The notes under the pieces were generated by a model. The model worked only from the letters and a program-made list of their open reading frames with translations. It made no database searches and was not told the DNA's origin. Of a stretch of 64,000 bases of DNA, positions 35,560-48,886 are shown one piece after another. Both the position numbers and the translations under genes were made by a program. This DNA is from Negaprion brevirostris (lineage: Eukaryota): the NCBI GenBank assembly GCA_030324005.1, contig JARDVH010000157.1:12065407-12129406 (forward strand), read 5' to 3'. The stretch's first letter is position 1, and every line of letters starts with the position of its first letter.

Positions 35560-36350
35560 TACTTCTAAAATAGTAAAACATCCCACTACACCTCACAAGA
35601 TTGTCATAAAACAAATGCACTATGCTACCCAAAAAGATATTGGGGGAGATTGCCAAAAGTTTAGTCAAAGAAGTAAATGTTAAGGAGCGTTTTAAAGAGT
35701 AAAGAGAGGCAGAAAGATTTAGAAAAGAAACTCCAGTTCTCTGGGCCTTGGCAACAGAAGCAATAGCTGGAGGAGTACTTAACGTCAGGGATACTGAAGA
35801 GGCTAGCATCTGAGGAGTGCAGATTTCTCAGGGAATTGTAGGGCTTGAGGAGATTAGAGATAGGGAGGGCTGAGGCCATGGAGGAATTTGAAAACAAGGA
35901 GAATTTGAGAACAAGGAAAATTTTAAAATCTAGGTGTTTCTTACCCAGCAGTCAATAAGAATCATCAGGCACGTGGCTAATGGATGACAGCAGAATTTGG
36001 TGTGACTTAAGACATGGGTAGCAGTGTTTTGGATGAGCTCAGGTATATGGAGATTAGAAAGTGGAAGGCTAGCTCAGTGTGTTGGAACAGTCTTGCCTAC
36101 AGGTGGCAAAAGCACGGATGAGGGTTTCAGCGGCAGATGAATTGAGGCAGGGACAAATGTGGAAGTTGGTAGTTTTAGTGAAGCAGGGATATGTAATTGG
36201 AAGCTGACCTCTAGATCAAATATGACACCAGGTTACGATCAGTCTGGCTCAGCTTCAAACAGTTTCATGGAGAGGGATGGAGTTAGTGGCTAGGAAATGG
36301 GGTCTGTGCTGGCAATTAATGACAATGGCCTCAATCTTTCCAGTATTTAC
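35560..36350 (-). mobile_element. L2-like LINE 3' fragment
   Basis: Minus-strand SMASALPISNLLKPYNSLRNLHSSD and SLSLLFKTLLNIYFFD resemble the L2 ORF2 C-terminus. Confidence 0.8.
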
Positions 36351-36650
36351 TGTCAGGTGTCTTTAATTTTAAGACCTTATACCAAAGTCCTGAATATTCT
36401 CTTTGGATGTAAAACATCCCATGACACTATTCGAAGAAAAACAAAGGAGTTCTTCACATGTTTCTGGGCCAGATTTATCCTTAAACCAGTATCAGTAAAA
36501 GAAAAATAATCTTGTTGTTGTGGGAGCTTGTGTGATTGTTTCCTAAAGTATAGCATCGACTACATTTCAAAGGTATATAATTGATTGTAAAGCACTTTGG
36601 GATACCACGATGTCATGAAACACGTTGCGTAAATGTAAGTTCCTTTTTTT
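36350..36650 (+). mobile_element. SacSINE1-like SINE
   Basis: Core ggatgtaaaacatcccatgacactattcgaag and tail tgtaaagcactttggga...taaatgtaagt. Confidence 0.75.
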
Positions 36651-37614
36651 ATTCTTCCTACTGCAACAAACCCACCACCCATGCTCCATATCTGGGATCC
36701 TCAGGCCAATTGCAACATGCCTTAACAGTATTCTGGCACAGATCAGTAAACTAGGGAATGAAATCTGGACCTTCCCGATTTGAATGGCAACATTACACCC
36801 ACGGCAGCATATTTACCAACTAAGATAGTGGGCGGCGGACAGCAATTGCTGTTTGCAGTTATAATCAGTTATGATTATTAGAACAGCAGGGGCTGAGTTG
36901 GAGAGGAAGCAAAAAATACCTTTTGTAGCCCCAAGGTCTAAGACAGATATATATTAACTACTGAATAGAAGGGAATGGGGGAAGTAAATCACATTTCCTT
37001 GAAACAAAGAGATTTTAAAAGAAAACAAGCCTTGATAAAAATTACAGTTGCACACCAGGTCATTTCACCAGTTTAGCCTGGAGCAACATAAAAATCAGAA
37101 GAGGAGATAGGAAAGCACTAGCCTGAAACACAAACACAGCAACCCCTTTACTGAGCCACACATTACCCGAAGGAAGAGCTTTTAATAGTTTTAGATCAGG
37201 ATGACTAATCAGTAAACTGAAATATAACAATTTGTGACCATGTAAAGTCCTAGCTTGTATTTCAAGGCACTGGATATGTTTGTACTATACATAAATTTCA
37301 AACTGGGATCTGTGAAATGAAAGGGGTCCCTAAGGAAATGACGAGTGATCTTTGAGGCTACAGTATTGATCATTTTTAGTTAGGCATATGTGAACAGAGA
37401 CTGTGTCTTGAGAATTTTGTGTTTTGTTCTTCATTTGTTGTCTTATTAGCACATTTTTTTCTCTTGCTGTACACAAAATAAAAATGTTTTCTGCAACCAT
37501 AGCACCATTCTCGTGGGAGAGTGGTGTTTTAAATGTTCCTAGGAAATAATCAGTGTTAGTAGGGAGAGATCTCAGGATATTACAGAATGTCTACAGTGGT
37601 CTTGAAAGTGTGTT

Positions 37615-38645
37615 GGGACGCAATCCTACCGGCTCAATTGGCACGATAAGCTGATAAGGTTGAGTGAGAGGCCAAAAATCAACCTGATTTTCACCACACA
37701 TAATTGTACCAGCTCCATTTTGCCAGCGAGATCAACTTCATACCCAAAAAGCACACAAAGCCAATTTTAAGTGAGTCCCAAGCAGCGTTGTCTGAGCTTA
37801 CTTGTACTTTTGTCCTCACTGGTCCGTTCCCTCACCAGTGAGAGATCAGGGGTGATGACCTTGCTGGGAAAATCAGAGGCCATTGAAGCCCCGGAGTGGT
37901 CGGAGGCAGGGCTGGGCAGTGCCCATGGGGCAGTGCCAGCCTGACTGTACCCACCTGCTTCCCTTGCACTGCCCACCCGGCACCCTGGCACTGCCCATTG
38001 GGTAGGGGCAGTGTCAGTGAGGTGGGGCCTGATTGGAGGTGGAACCTGAGTGGAGGTGGGACTAGAACATGGGGGAGGCCAGGGCTGAGCTCCATGGGGG
38101 GAGCAGGGGGAGCTCTGTAAAGGNNNNNNNNNNNNNNNNNNNNNNNNNNNNNNNNNNNNNNNNNNNNNNNNNNNNNNNNNNNNNNNNNNNNNNNNNNNNN
38201 NNNNNNNNNNNNNNNNNNNNNNNNNNNNNNNNNNNNNNNNNNNNNNNNNNNNNNNNNNNNNNNNNNNNNNNNNNNNNNNNNNNNNNNNNNNNNNNNNNNN
38301 NNNNNNNNNNNNNNNNNNNNNNNNNNNNNNNNNNNNNNNNNNNNNNNNNNNNNNNNNNNNNNNNNNNNNNNNNNNNNNNNNNNNNNNNNNNNNGGGGAAC
38401 ATACAAGTTGGGCCACTGAGGGGGCTGTGACGGGGGATGCATTGGGGGAGGATTCCGAGGCCCTGATGCTAGTGACCTGTGTTGGCCAGGGGGGTGTTGA
38501 CAATATCGCTGATGATGGGAAGATGTTTGATGTCCTTCGGAGGGTGTGGGAGTTGATTGGAGGTCCCTCAGTTCAATGGGAGAATGGGGCACCTGAACAA
38601 AGGCACCCCGAGCAGTCTGAAGCCTGCTTTACCAATGATCGTAGG
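37615..38645 (+). mobile_element. GC-rich non-autonomous DNA transposon (Harbinger-like family) with a gap
   Basis: Left end gggacgcaatcctaccggctc, and internal gtgccc/ggcac repeats shared with the 23303 and 43915 copies. Confidence 0.6.
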
Positions 38646-39077
38646 CTCTGCACCCCCTCCCCCTACCATCTGTTTTGCTACTGTTTTGACTATGGATCAT
38701 GATTCTAGAGGCAGGGCATGTTGTAAGGTGGGAACTGAATGAACTTGGAATAAATTGTACCCCAGGATGGAACAAAGTTCACGAGGATCCATTGCTGTGA
38801 GAGGCCCTAAATTTAACTGTGAGATCAATTGTATTATGATGTACAAGGCACGGGAATGTTTTGCACTTCTTAACATCAACAGCAATATAAATCACAGAAG
38901 GAGAAAAGGCCATAAGCACATTCCTTTTCAGACTATAAGTTATAAACTTAATATACCCACAGAACATTCTAGGAAAATTTTCCATTCATCCACAACTGTT
39001 ATCAAAACATCTGCTTCATGATATAAGAGCAGCAAATTGCAATTTTTAAAACTTGGAACTAACAACAGGAAGTTTTT

Positions 39078-39990
39078 TCTTCATTCAAGGGATGCTGGAC
39101 CTGCATTTATTGCCCATCCCCAATTGTCCTTGACAAGGCAGTGATGAGCTGCCTTCTTGAGCTGCTACAATCCATGTGGTGCAGGTACACCCACAGTGCT
39201 GTTAGGGAGGGAGTTCCAGGATTTTGGCCCAGGGACAGTGAAGGAACAGATATATNNNNNNNNNNNNNNNNNNNNNNNNNNNNNNNNNNNNNNNNNNNNN
39301 NNNNNNNNNNNNNNNNNNNNNNNNNNNNNNNNNNNNNNNNNNNNNNNNNNNNNNNNNNNNNNNNNNNNNNNNNNNNNNNNNNNNNNNNNNNNNNNNNNNN
39401 NNNNNNNNNNNNNNNNNNNNNNNNNNNNNNNNNNNNNNNNNNNNNNNNNNNNNNNNNNNNNNNNNNNNNNNNNNNNNNNNNNNNNNNNNNNNNNNNNNNN
39501 NNNNNNNNNNNNNNNNNNNNNNNNNNNNNNNNNNNNNNNNNNNNNNNNNNNNNNNNNNNNNNNNNNNNNNNNNNNNNNNNNNNNNNNNNNNNNNNNNNNN
39601 NNNNNNNNNNNNNNNNNNNNNNNNNNNNNNNNNNNNNNNNNNNNNNNNNNNNNNNNNNNNNNNNNNNNNNNNNNNNNNNNNNNNNNNNNNNNNNNNNNNN
39701 NNNNNNNNNNNNNNNNNNNNNNNNNNNNNNNNNNNNNNNNNNNNNNNNNNNNNAGGGGAGAATAGTGTCAATTTGGTAAAACCAATCAGCCTAAGAGCAC
39801 ATCTTTGGGGTGTGGGAGGAAACCGGAGCGTTACTTGTGATTTGTCAGGCTAAGCCCAGATACTGTACAGGTCTCATTGCATTTGGAAATGGACTGCTTC
39901 AGTATTTGAGGAGTCACAAATGGTGCTAACATCAGCAAACATCTCCACTTCTGACCCTATGATGGTCATTGATGAAGCAGCTAAAGATGA
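39078..39990 (-). mobile_element. L2/Crack-like LINE spanning a ~500-N gap
   Basis: gcatttattgcccatccccaattg is the reverse complement of the family 3' end seen at 34320-34345. Confidence 0.8.
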
Positions 39991-40164
39991 AAATGAAAGC
40001 AGAAGACACTGAAAGTAATTTCAGGAAAGCATGAGGGACTTAGAATGGAATTTTTTTTTTGTTTAAAAAAAAGGGGACATATGCAGGTTTTTACTCAAAT
40101 GAAACATATCATGCAAGTCCGGAATTATGTCTTGCCAGTTCTGGCCAGCTGGGTTACCCTTTAT

Positions 40165-40370
40165 ATTTGTGCAGCAAAATTGAAGCAGAATTATCTTCTC
40201 TGACCGTCCAATGCCTTTCGTATTTCATCAAAATTATTGTGGAAAAACACACAGCCATAATTAATCATAACTGGAGCTAATGCTTTTTCACAATAACCAT
40301 GCAACATTGCTGCTCAATATCCGGTGATTAAACCCCATTTTCACACCTATTTGTGTCTAATTGCTACCTT
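40165..40370. promoter_or_regulatory. Candidate conserved non-coding element
   Basis: Repeat-free island with CATAATTAATCATAA, ggtgattaa and ctaatt motifs. Confidence 0.4.
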
Positions 40371-41389
40371 GATGGCTCAGTAACTAATTGTGATGTCAGG
40401 TATTATACTGAGCCATTGTGAGACAAGGTCAATCTCAAGTTTATGCTGAGTTAGCTGGTTTACATCATGGCAGCACCAGTGGCCCAAAGATCTTTATTTC
40501 TGCTCGCTATCTGGTACTTCCTAGAACGAAGTTTGGATCTTTGGATGTCCAAAAAGGGAGGGGCTGGGATTGGCTAGTTTTGTGCCTGAACCTAATAAAA
40601 TACCCTGTGATGAGTGAGTGGTATTGGAGTGTATGAGGCACCAATGAGAACCATATGCAAGCATAGGGCAATGCTTTAAGGAGTAGAATCCATCGGGAGC
40701 AAATAAACAGCAATTTTATCTTTTCAACAAATCCTTGCTCTTAGTCCAGCAAGAAATACTTTATTTTGTAAAAAGAACTAAAAATAAATCTAGGAAATTA
40801 CAACAGTGCAAAAATTCAAATATAAACCTTTATGTTTTCTCCTCACTCTCCCTGTTGTGATTGCACTCCACATATCAGAATAACCAAGAATTCTCCTATT
40901 GTTCTTTGTATGAAAAATATGGCTGACATTTTCTTTCGTAATGTTTTAACACCCTATTCTCTCCACCCCCNNNNNNNNNNNNNNNNNNNNNNNNNNNNNN
41001 NNNNNNNNNNNNNNNNNNNNNNNNNNNNNNNNNNNNNNNNNNNNNNNNNNNNNNNNNNNNNNNNNNNNNNCCCCCACCCCTCCTCCTCCTCGCTGTGAAC
41101 TCTATAAAAAATTCACCCTTGGGTATTGTTTGTAGCTCAATTTAGCAAATGTAAGTTAATATTGATTATTATTAATATTTATCATGTTTGTGAAAATGTC
41201 TTTTCCCATAGCTATTAATCTGAGGTTTTAATAAACGTCAGTGGCCTCTATGGGTCCAGAGGGAGTTGCCCTGAGTAGAATGACAATGAGCAGCAATAAC
41301 AACTACAATTCAACATTACAGCCTGGATTTACACTGTATATTACAGTTTATATTAATGTATATGTTACACTATACTACAATTCCCATTA

Positions 41390-43100
41390 AAACAATAACC
41401 TGCATTTATACGCTGCACTTAATGTAGAAGAATCTAAGGCGCTTTCCACAATTGTATTCAGAAAAGCATAAATACCAAGCTAAGGAAGAAACTTTTAAGA
41501 GGGAAGCTTTTAAAGGACAGTGACGTGAAGAGGCATAGGGAGTGAATTCTGTATCATGTGACTGAGGTGGCTGAAGATATGGCTGCCAGCAATGAGGTCA
41601 AACACACAATAGGCCAGAGTCAGATGAATGGACAATTTGTGATGATGACATTGTAGGAAAAGGAGAGCTGGAGCCAGGAAGGGAATTGAATATGGGAATT
41701 AAATTTTTACTTTGGCTTCCAGTCTCCCAACGCTTCCCATGTAGATCAGCAAGGACAGGAGTAATAGGTGAGCTGGGATTCGTGTATGATAAGATAAGGG
41801 CAGCTTAAATACATGCAGGGTAGAAGATTGGAGACTTGCCAGGTAACTACTGGAATGGATGAGTCTGGAGTAGATAAAGGCAAAGGTAAGGATTTCTGCA
41901 GCAATTGGGTTAAAGCAAATATGGGGGTGGAGGTGGAGAGGATGCAGAGAAAGTTCACAAGAATAATCCAGGGAATGAAAAGTTTGATGTATGAGGAGAA
42001 TTTGAGGACTCTGGCTCTGTACTCAGTGAAGTTTAGAAGGATGAGGGGAGATCGCATTGAAACTTACAAAATACTGAAAGTCCTGGATAGAGTGGATGTG
42101 GAGGTGATGTTTCCATTAGTAGAAGAGACTGGGATCTGAGGGGCCAGCCTTAGGGTAAAGGTATGATCCTTTAAACCGAGATGAGGAGCAATTTCTTCAG
42201 CCAGAGGATGGTGCTTCTGTGGAATCCATTGCCACAGAAGGCTGTGGAGAACAGTGCATTGAGTGTATTTAAGACCAAGATACATAGGTTCTTGATTGGT
42301 AAGCGGATGAAAGATTATGGAGAAAAGACGAGAGCATGGAGTTGAGAAATATTTCAGCCATGCTCGAATGACGGAGCAGACTCGATGGGCCGAATGACCT
42401 AATTCTGCTCCTATATCTTATGGTATTATGGACAATGATACAGAAGTTGAAATAGGCAGTCTTGTGGTGGAGAGGAAATGGAAACAGATTTAGTTCAAAA
42501 AAGAATAGGTCATTGAAGTAGCAAATAATGTGATTCAGTGTGAGGCTGTAGCCACAAAGGGTTGCAATTAGTGCCTAAGGTACACCGTTTGTACAAGGAG
42601 TTAACAAAAAATGTTTCAACCTCATCACAATTTATCCAGTGAAATTGTAACTCATTCACAATTGAAAACCAGACAAACAGTCTGACAATGCAAAGACCCT
42701 GGAGAGGTCCAGAGAGGTGGTGAAGCAATAGAGCGGGGTGTCAATAGGATACATGTGCAACCTTGGATCTTCGAATGATGTCACCAAAGAGCAACTTATG
42801 AATGAGAAGGAAGAGGGAAGACATGGGCGATTCGGGTGATATAGTATCCAGGGCTGCAAAAGAAACCATTACTGGAAATGCCTTGATTATGATCATTTGT
42901 GCAAGAGTGAATCCAAATAGGGAAAATCCATCTGAACTGGAGGATGGAGGAAAGGATTTGGAGAAAAACTGTGTGATCAACCATGTCAAAGGCTGCAGGG
43001 AAGTTGAAGAAATGAAAAAAGAATGTTTTATGTACAATCCTCATTACAGAGGATGTATTTTGTAACTTTGATTAGGGCCACATTCAGTGCTGTGACAGGA
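41390..43100 (-). mobile_element. Old L2-like LINE interrupted by CR1
   Basis: Minus-strand L2 RT motif AAFDMVDHTVFLQIL at ~42950-42995. Confidence 0.75.
41930..42430 (+). mobile_element. CR1 3' end
   Basis: ERMQRKFTRIIQGMKSLMYEENLRTLALYSVKFRRMRGDRIETYKIL, then tail (tcttatgg). Confidence 0.92.
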
Positions 43101-43104
43101 CTGG

Positions 43105-43510
43105 TGTCAGCTGTGGCTCAGTTAGTAGCACATTCACCTCTGAATCACAAGTTTCCAGCTTTAAATCCCCCTCCAGAGTTTGAGCACAAAATTTAAGGCA
43201 GACACTGTGCAGTATTGAGGAAACGCTCCACTATTAGAGATGCCGTTTTTCAGATGAAATGTTAAACTAAAGCACTGTAAAAAAAATCCTATAACATTAT
43301 TTTGAAGAAAAGCAGGAAAATTAATATTTATCCCTCGATCATTATTACAAAAAAGTTTATCATGCTGTTTGTGGGAGTTTGCTGTGCATAAATTAGTTAC
43401 TGCACTTCGGTCATTAACCATGACTACACTTCAAAAAAATTATTTAATTGACTGTAAAGTGCTTTAAGATGTCTGGTGGTTGTGAAGAGAGCTAAATAAA
43501 GTCTTTCCTT
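43105..43510 (+). mobile_element. SacSINE1/DeuSINE-like SINE, near full length
   Basis: Head gtcagctgtggctcagttagtagcacattcacctctgaatca, core gctgtttgtgggagtttgctgtgcataaatt and tail tgtaaagtgcttt...gtgaagagagctaaataaa. Confidence 0.8.
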
Positions 43511-43912
43511 TGCTTGGAGAAGTTTAAAAGGAGTTGTGAGAATGATGGGCATAGATTTGGATTGTTCAAAACCTTTGGAGAAGATAGGCAGATTGCAGAG
43601 ATTTATATTTTAAATTACACAAAATTAAATTGTAGTCTGAATTTATGCACTTTATATTACAATGTCTATTTCTCTTCAGTTTGAATTCCACTCTATATTA
43701 CACTGAAGTCAGAATTTCTAGTGCGTATTAAATTGTATCCTGTAATCTATTATACAGTGAATAATATACTGCAGTTTGGCTATCCGCAGTACATGTAACA
43801 TCATTTTATTTAAACACTTCAGTTACTATCCCTGTAACATTTACAAGAGCAGAACATCTGATATTAAATGATTGAAAATAAATTGTTTTATTATTTTGTG
43901 TTTGATAGATAC

Positions 43913-45230
43913 TGCGGGAGATTTTCTGACCATATTGCGCCTGTCACAGATTGCACTGGGGCTGCGAAAGATCAGATAAACACAGGGGAAGGGACTAGAA
44001 CATTTAGCATAGGCGAGAACCTACTTTGGGATTCTCCAAGGCCCCTTATTCATTTAAATATGTTTAGTTGATTTCAAGCCAAATTCTCCCTTCTCCCAGG
44101 ATTCTCCAACCCTCAGGCACAGTGGGAACCCAGCTGAATCATTACTGGTCTCCAGAAATGAGGACCAGGTCTGACGACCATGCTGGGGGTTTGGAAACCA
44201 TTGAAACCGTTGGGTGACCAACGTTGTCTACCTGATACGCTGCAGGAAAGGATGTCCCAAGGCATGGTACATTGGGCAGACCATGCAGATGTTATGACAA
44301 CAGATGAATGAACACCCCTCGACAATCACCAGGCAAGACTGTTCCCTTCCTGTTGGCGAACACTTCAGTGGTCATGGGTATTCGGCCTCTGATCTTTGGG
44401 TAAATGTTCTCCAAGGTGGCATTCACGACATACAACAACGCTGAGTCGTTGAGCAGAAACTGATACCCAAGTTCCACACACATGAGGACGGCCTCAGCCG
44501 AGATCTTGNNNNNNNNNNNNNNNNNTCTCACTTACTGTCCTGTCTGGAGACAATACACATCTCTTTAACCTATGCTTAATGCTATCTCCACTCACATTGT
44601 CTTCAACTTTAAGACTTGAATAGCAGATTAGTTGTAAAGACTCGCATTCTAATCAGTATTCTGTAAACTGTGCACCTTTATATGCTCTGTTTGGGATCAG
44701 AACTCTCCACTCATATGATGAAGGAACAGCATTTCAAAAGCTAGTGGCATTTACTAGCAAACAAACCTGTTGGACTTTAACCTGGTGTTGTGAGATTTCT
44801 TACTGGGTCAAGGACATAGCAGGGCATCGTCCACCTGGCTATACCAGTCTGTTAGTGCCAGGTTAGCTGGGGACAATGCCAAGGGGTTGGGACCCGAGGG
44901 TGGCATGAAGGGGGCCGGGCATGAAGTGGGGGCAAGAAGGGAGGTGCATGCAGGACTCCAGTGCCAATGACCTATGTTCAGGGCAGGGGAAAGATCAGGC
45001 CAGCAATCTATGTTAGGGAGGGATAGGACACACACCTTTAATGATGGGGGAGGGGGGGTCCCAATATCCATGGGAGGAGGGAGAGGACCCTCAATTTCAC
45101 TTTGAGAACTGGGCACTCTTTTAAAACAATGCCCAATCTCTGCGAAGCTGGGTTTGCTGGCATGTTTAGGCCTCACCCATCTCAATCAGTGCAAAACTCA
45201 CCCTCTCTCAAATAATGACTAACTGAAAGA
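43913..45230 (+). mobile_element. GC-rich non-autonomous DNA transposon split by a Penelope insertion
   Basis: The host sequence ccattgaaaccgttgggtg | gtcaaggacatagcagggc is colinear with the uninterrupted copies at 23625 and 37880. Confidence 0.6.
44217..44805 (+). mobile_element. Penelope-like element 3' part (GIY-YIG and terminal repeat)
   Basis: NVVYLIRCRKGCPKAWYIGQTMQML...SLPVGEHFSGHG; the 3' end matches 28540-28690. Confidence 0.9.
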
Positions 45231-45509
45231 ACATCATGATCCAATTCCTTGTTTATCTTGCCTGAAATGACATTGAGGCCAAAATTTTCCAGCTATTCAC
45301 ACCAATGTGATTCTCTGGTCCTGTTGCAGTGAACAAACATTTGGCTGAGCACCAAATTCTCCATTCTCGCTTACCAGGGCCAAAAAATTCCCCCCCAAGT
45401 TATTTTTGATGAAAATTCTGCCCTTTATGTACGGGGGAGTGATAGTTATAATAGGGCCCTGGTTACACTTGGGGCTCATCTCATCTTCAACTTTGACACT
45501 TGACTCATG

Positions 45510-45803
45510 CAATCATAGCATCCCTACAGTGCAGAAGAGGGTTATTCGGCCCATCAAGCCTGCACAGACAACTATCCCACCCAGGGCCCTATCTCCATAA
45601 CCCCATGCACTTACCTGACTAATCCCCCCATCTAAAATGAAATTTAGCATGGTCAATCCACCTAATCCACATGTTTTGGACTGTGGGAGGAAACCAGGAC
45701 ACCTGGAGCAAACCCATGCAGACATGGGGAGAATGTGCAAACTCCACATAGGCCAAATTGAACCTGGGTGCCTGGAGGCAGCAGTGCTTACCACTGTGCT
45801 GCC
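45510..45803 (-). mobile_element. HE1-like SINE
   Basis: Minus-strand head ggcagcacagtggtaagcactgctgcctc and V-domain. Confidence 0.9.
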
Positions 45804-46819
45804 TCGTTCCATGGGTCTAGTCTAGGTTTTCTGTGCCAAATTTCATGATTTCCACACTTGGGCTTCAAAGTTGTTCTATCTTCTGCCATCAGTATAATGG
45901 TACTATGAACTAGGTTTCTAACAGCAACTTTCACATAGGTCAAAGGAGTTTGTAAGTGCCTAGCCCATCCATGAAGNNNNNNNNNNNNNNNNNNNNNNNN
46001 NNNNNNNNNNNNNNNNNNNNNNNNNNNNNNNNNNNNNNNNNNNNNNNNNNNNNNNNNNNNNNNNNNNNNNNNNNNNCTGTAAAGTGGTTTATTGGCCCAG
46101 TAAGGAGCTGCCCCAAGCATTGGCATCAAAAGCAGTTTTCAGTGCGATGACTGATATTTTATCCGCAGACTTGAACATACACTGTATTATAGCCCTGCTA
46201 CTCAAAACGCCTGTGCAGGGTAAAACTGCATCCTGTATAGCAGTTCTTATAGGATCCGTTTTCTCTCAGACTAATCCCACCACTTTCTTCCCAATACAGT
46301 TTTAAGTGTTTACTTTAGTCTGTGGAATGTGCTTACTGCTGATCTTAAACCGCAAATGAGTTCCAATCAATGCTCCCCCAGGCCCGATTCCGATTTCAAA
46401 CAGGTTTCTCATCCAATTCAGACCCTGGAACCATGTGCTGCAAAATAAAACTGTTTGGTCATTCCCTCAAGTAATATCAGTTTCACAGCTGTCATACTTA
46501 AAAACTTCCCTAATTTTTTAATTCCTGAACGATTAAAAATACAACAAAAACCTCACCAAAGCCATCTTGTTTCACCTATGATTGGTTGTTGTATTTAGCA
46601 GTGTTTTAAAATATAATCTGTTATAATGGGGTTTTTCTTTAAGGATAATGATGTCTAATCAAAATATTATTTTGTTGAATCCATCCTGTATATAATTTTA
46701 AAAAAAAAATACAGATTCCTATTTCCTAAGGTCCTGTTATCCTCTGTTAATACCTTGCCTCTTGATGCGTTTAATATCTGAGTTATCGCTGTCTATCTTG
46801 AATTTGTACCTTTTAATCA

Positions 46820-47210
46820 CATGATTTTGGAACCTCACTGCAGAGATTTAAGCATAAAATCTAGACTGACACTCCAGTGCAATGAGAGAGTATCACACTG
46901 TTGGACGTTTCACCCTTCAGATGAGATCTTGAACCAAGCTCCATCTGCCCTCTCAGGCAGATGTAGAACATTACACGGCACCATTCAAAGAAGAAATACA
47001 GAGGAGTTCTCCACTGTATTCGGGCCAACATTTATCCCTCACAAACTAAAACAGATAATCCAGTCATTTAATTCATTACTTTGTTTGTGGGAGCTTGCAG
47101 CATGCAAATTGGCTGCTGTATTCCTCATTGCAACAATGGCTACTTAATTGGCTGTTAAGTTTTAGAATGTGCTAACTTCTTGAAAAATGGCACATAAATG
47201 CACATCTTTT
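46820..47210 (+). mobile_element. SacSINE1-like SINE
   Basis: Colinear with 43105-43510. Confidence 0.75.
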
Positions 47211-47645
47211 TCTTTCTATTTCAATTCTTAAGACGTCAAGTATGTTCAGAAATGCCTCACTGGTAAACAATAGCTAAAAATAATTCTGTGACATGACAGC
47301 TTTTGCCTGCCAACCCAATTACATTGGATTTGGGGTATGTGTTGGAGTATCTTGAGAAGCAACCCACTGTTAAAGCATCTTTCTACACTGATAAATTAAA
47401 TCTAAATATTAGTAAATTGATTCACTCATTCACCACACACTAACACAGTTAAATCCCATACAGCAATATGTTGACCTCAGAAATTTTCTTTTCCTGAGAA
47501 CTATATGAAGGTTCATTTCCTACAATAGAGTTTACTACCAAAGTGCAGAAAGGATAAATCAGGCAGTGGTTATGAGATGACAATGAATCTTGCAAATTGT
47601 AGGAGACCTGTAAGTGAGAGACAAGTTTCACAATTTTTAGTTTCT

Positions 47646-47788
47646 GGGAAAAATCCATTCTTTCCGGCCACACATGTCCCAAGACTGGAAATTCCCACCT
47701 GAGGTCAATGGACCTTGAAGTCATCCACCAAATTTTCTGTCCCGCCGGCTGCGATTCCTGCAACGGCTGGGTTGGGAAAATTCCATCC
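47646..47788. mobile_element. Short GC-richer MITE-like element
   Basis: About 140 bp with retained CpGs, ending gggaaaattcca. It resembles a common shark MITE. Confidence 0.4.
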
Positions 47789-48189
47789 GAGAGTAGGATG
47801 TATTCTGATTTTAATATAAAGGAGCAGGGAGAAGGAAGAGTGTGAACGATCTGATGAAAGATGATAAATTACAGCATATAGCACACTACTGCAATCTTGT
47901 GCATGCCCAGCTGTGAGATTCTCCCACCCCACTGTGCTAGAAAATTAGCACAGCGAGGTAGGAGAATTCCCCCCCCCCAACTTCATCCAGATTGACTCCT
48001 CTTCNNNNNNNNNNNNNNNNNNNNNNNNNNNNNNNNNNNNNNNNNNNNNNNNNNNNNNNNNNNNNNNNNNNNNNNNNNNNNNNNNNNNNNCTCAATAGTT
48101 TACTGGAAGATGGCGCAAGTCAATAAAACCCCAAATGGTGGTCATGTTTCTTGGTATGACTCTTACAAGTATTTATGGTGACATATTCT

Positions 48190-48430
48190 CCAGTTCTAAC
48201 TATTGATAAGTGTGGATCAAAATGTTCTGTTGACTTAGTGGGCAAACCTTCTTACTATGAACTGGGTCTGAGTTATTTACTCTGCTGGCACTGGGCAGGC
48301 TCAGCTTATTTTTATACCTGTGTCTCACATGGCCTTTTCTTCCACATGTGAAACACTCTGCTTCTGTAAATCTATGTATTTCTGGAGAGTGACTTCCCCC
48401 ATAGAGTCCTGACAGTGCAGAAGTTACCAC
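48190..48430 (-). mobile_element. Gypsy gag zinc-knuckle remnant
   Basis: GGSHSPEIHRFTEAECFTCGRKGHVRHRY is a degenerate CX2CX4HX4C. Confidence 0.75.
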
Positions 48431-48886
48431 ACATATTTATCCCACTGTCACTTCGGGGCAATTTAGCATAGCCATTACACAGAACCAGCACACCTTTAGG
48501 TACTAAGTGGCAATTTAGAGTGGCCAATCCACCTAACCAGCACATCTTTGGACATTAAGCGGCAATTTAGCATGGCAGTTCACCCTAACCTGCACATCTT
48601 TGCACACTGAGGGAGAATTTAGAATTGCCAATCCCCTAAGCTGCACAACTTTGGACACTAAGAGGCAATTTAGCATGGCTAATCCACCCAAACCTACACA
48701 TCTTTGGACACTAAGGGGAAATTTAGCATTGCCAATCCACCTAAACTGCACATCTTTAGACTGTGGGGGGGAAACCCATACAGACATGGGGGAGAACGCG
48801 CAAACACCACACAGACAGTCACCCGAAGCTGGAATTGAACCCGGGTCCCTGGTGCTGTGAGGCAGCAGTGCTAACCAATGTGCCAT
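48430..48886 (-). mobile_element. HE1-like SINE with six tandem ~52-bp internal units
   Basis: Head at 48886, with units ggcaatttagcatggccaatccacctaacctgcacatctttggacactaa at ~48457-48765. Confidence 0.92.

Noticed and set aside
37767-39779. Long 180-220 aa ORFs in the track
   Set aside because: Their length comes from N runs and GC-rich repeat sequence.
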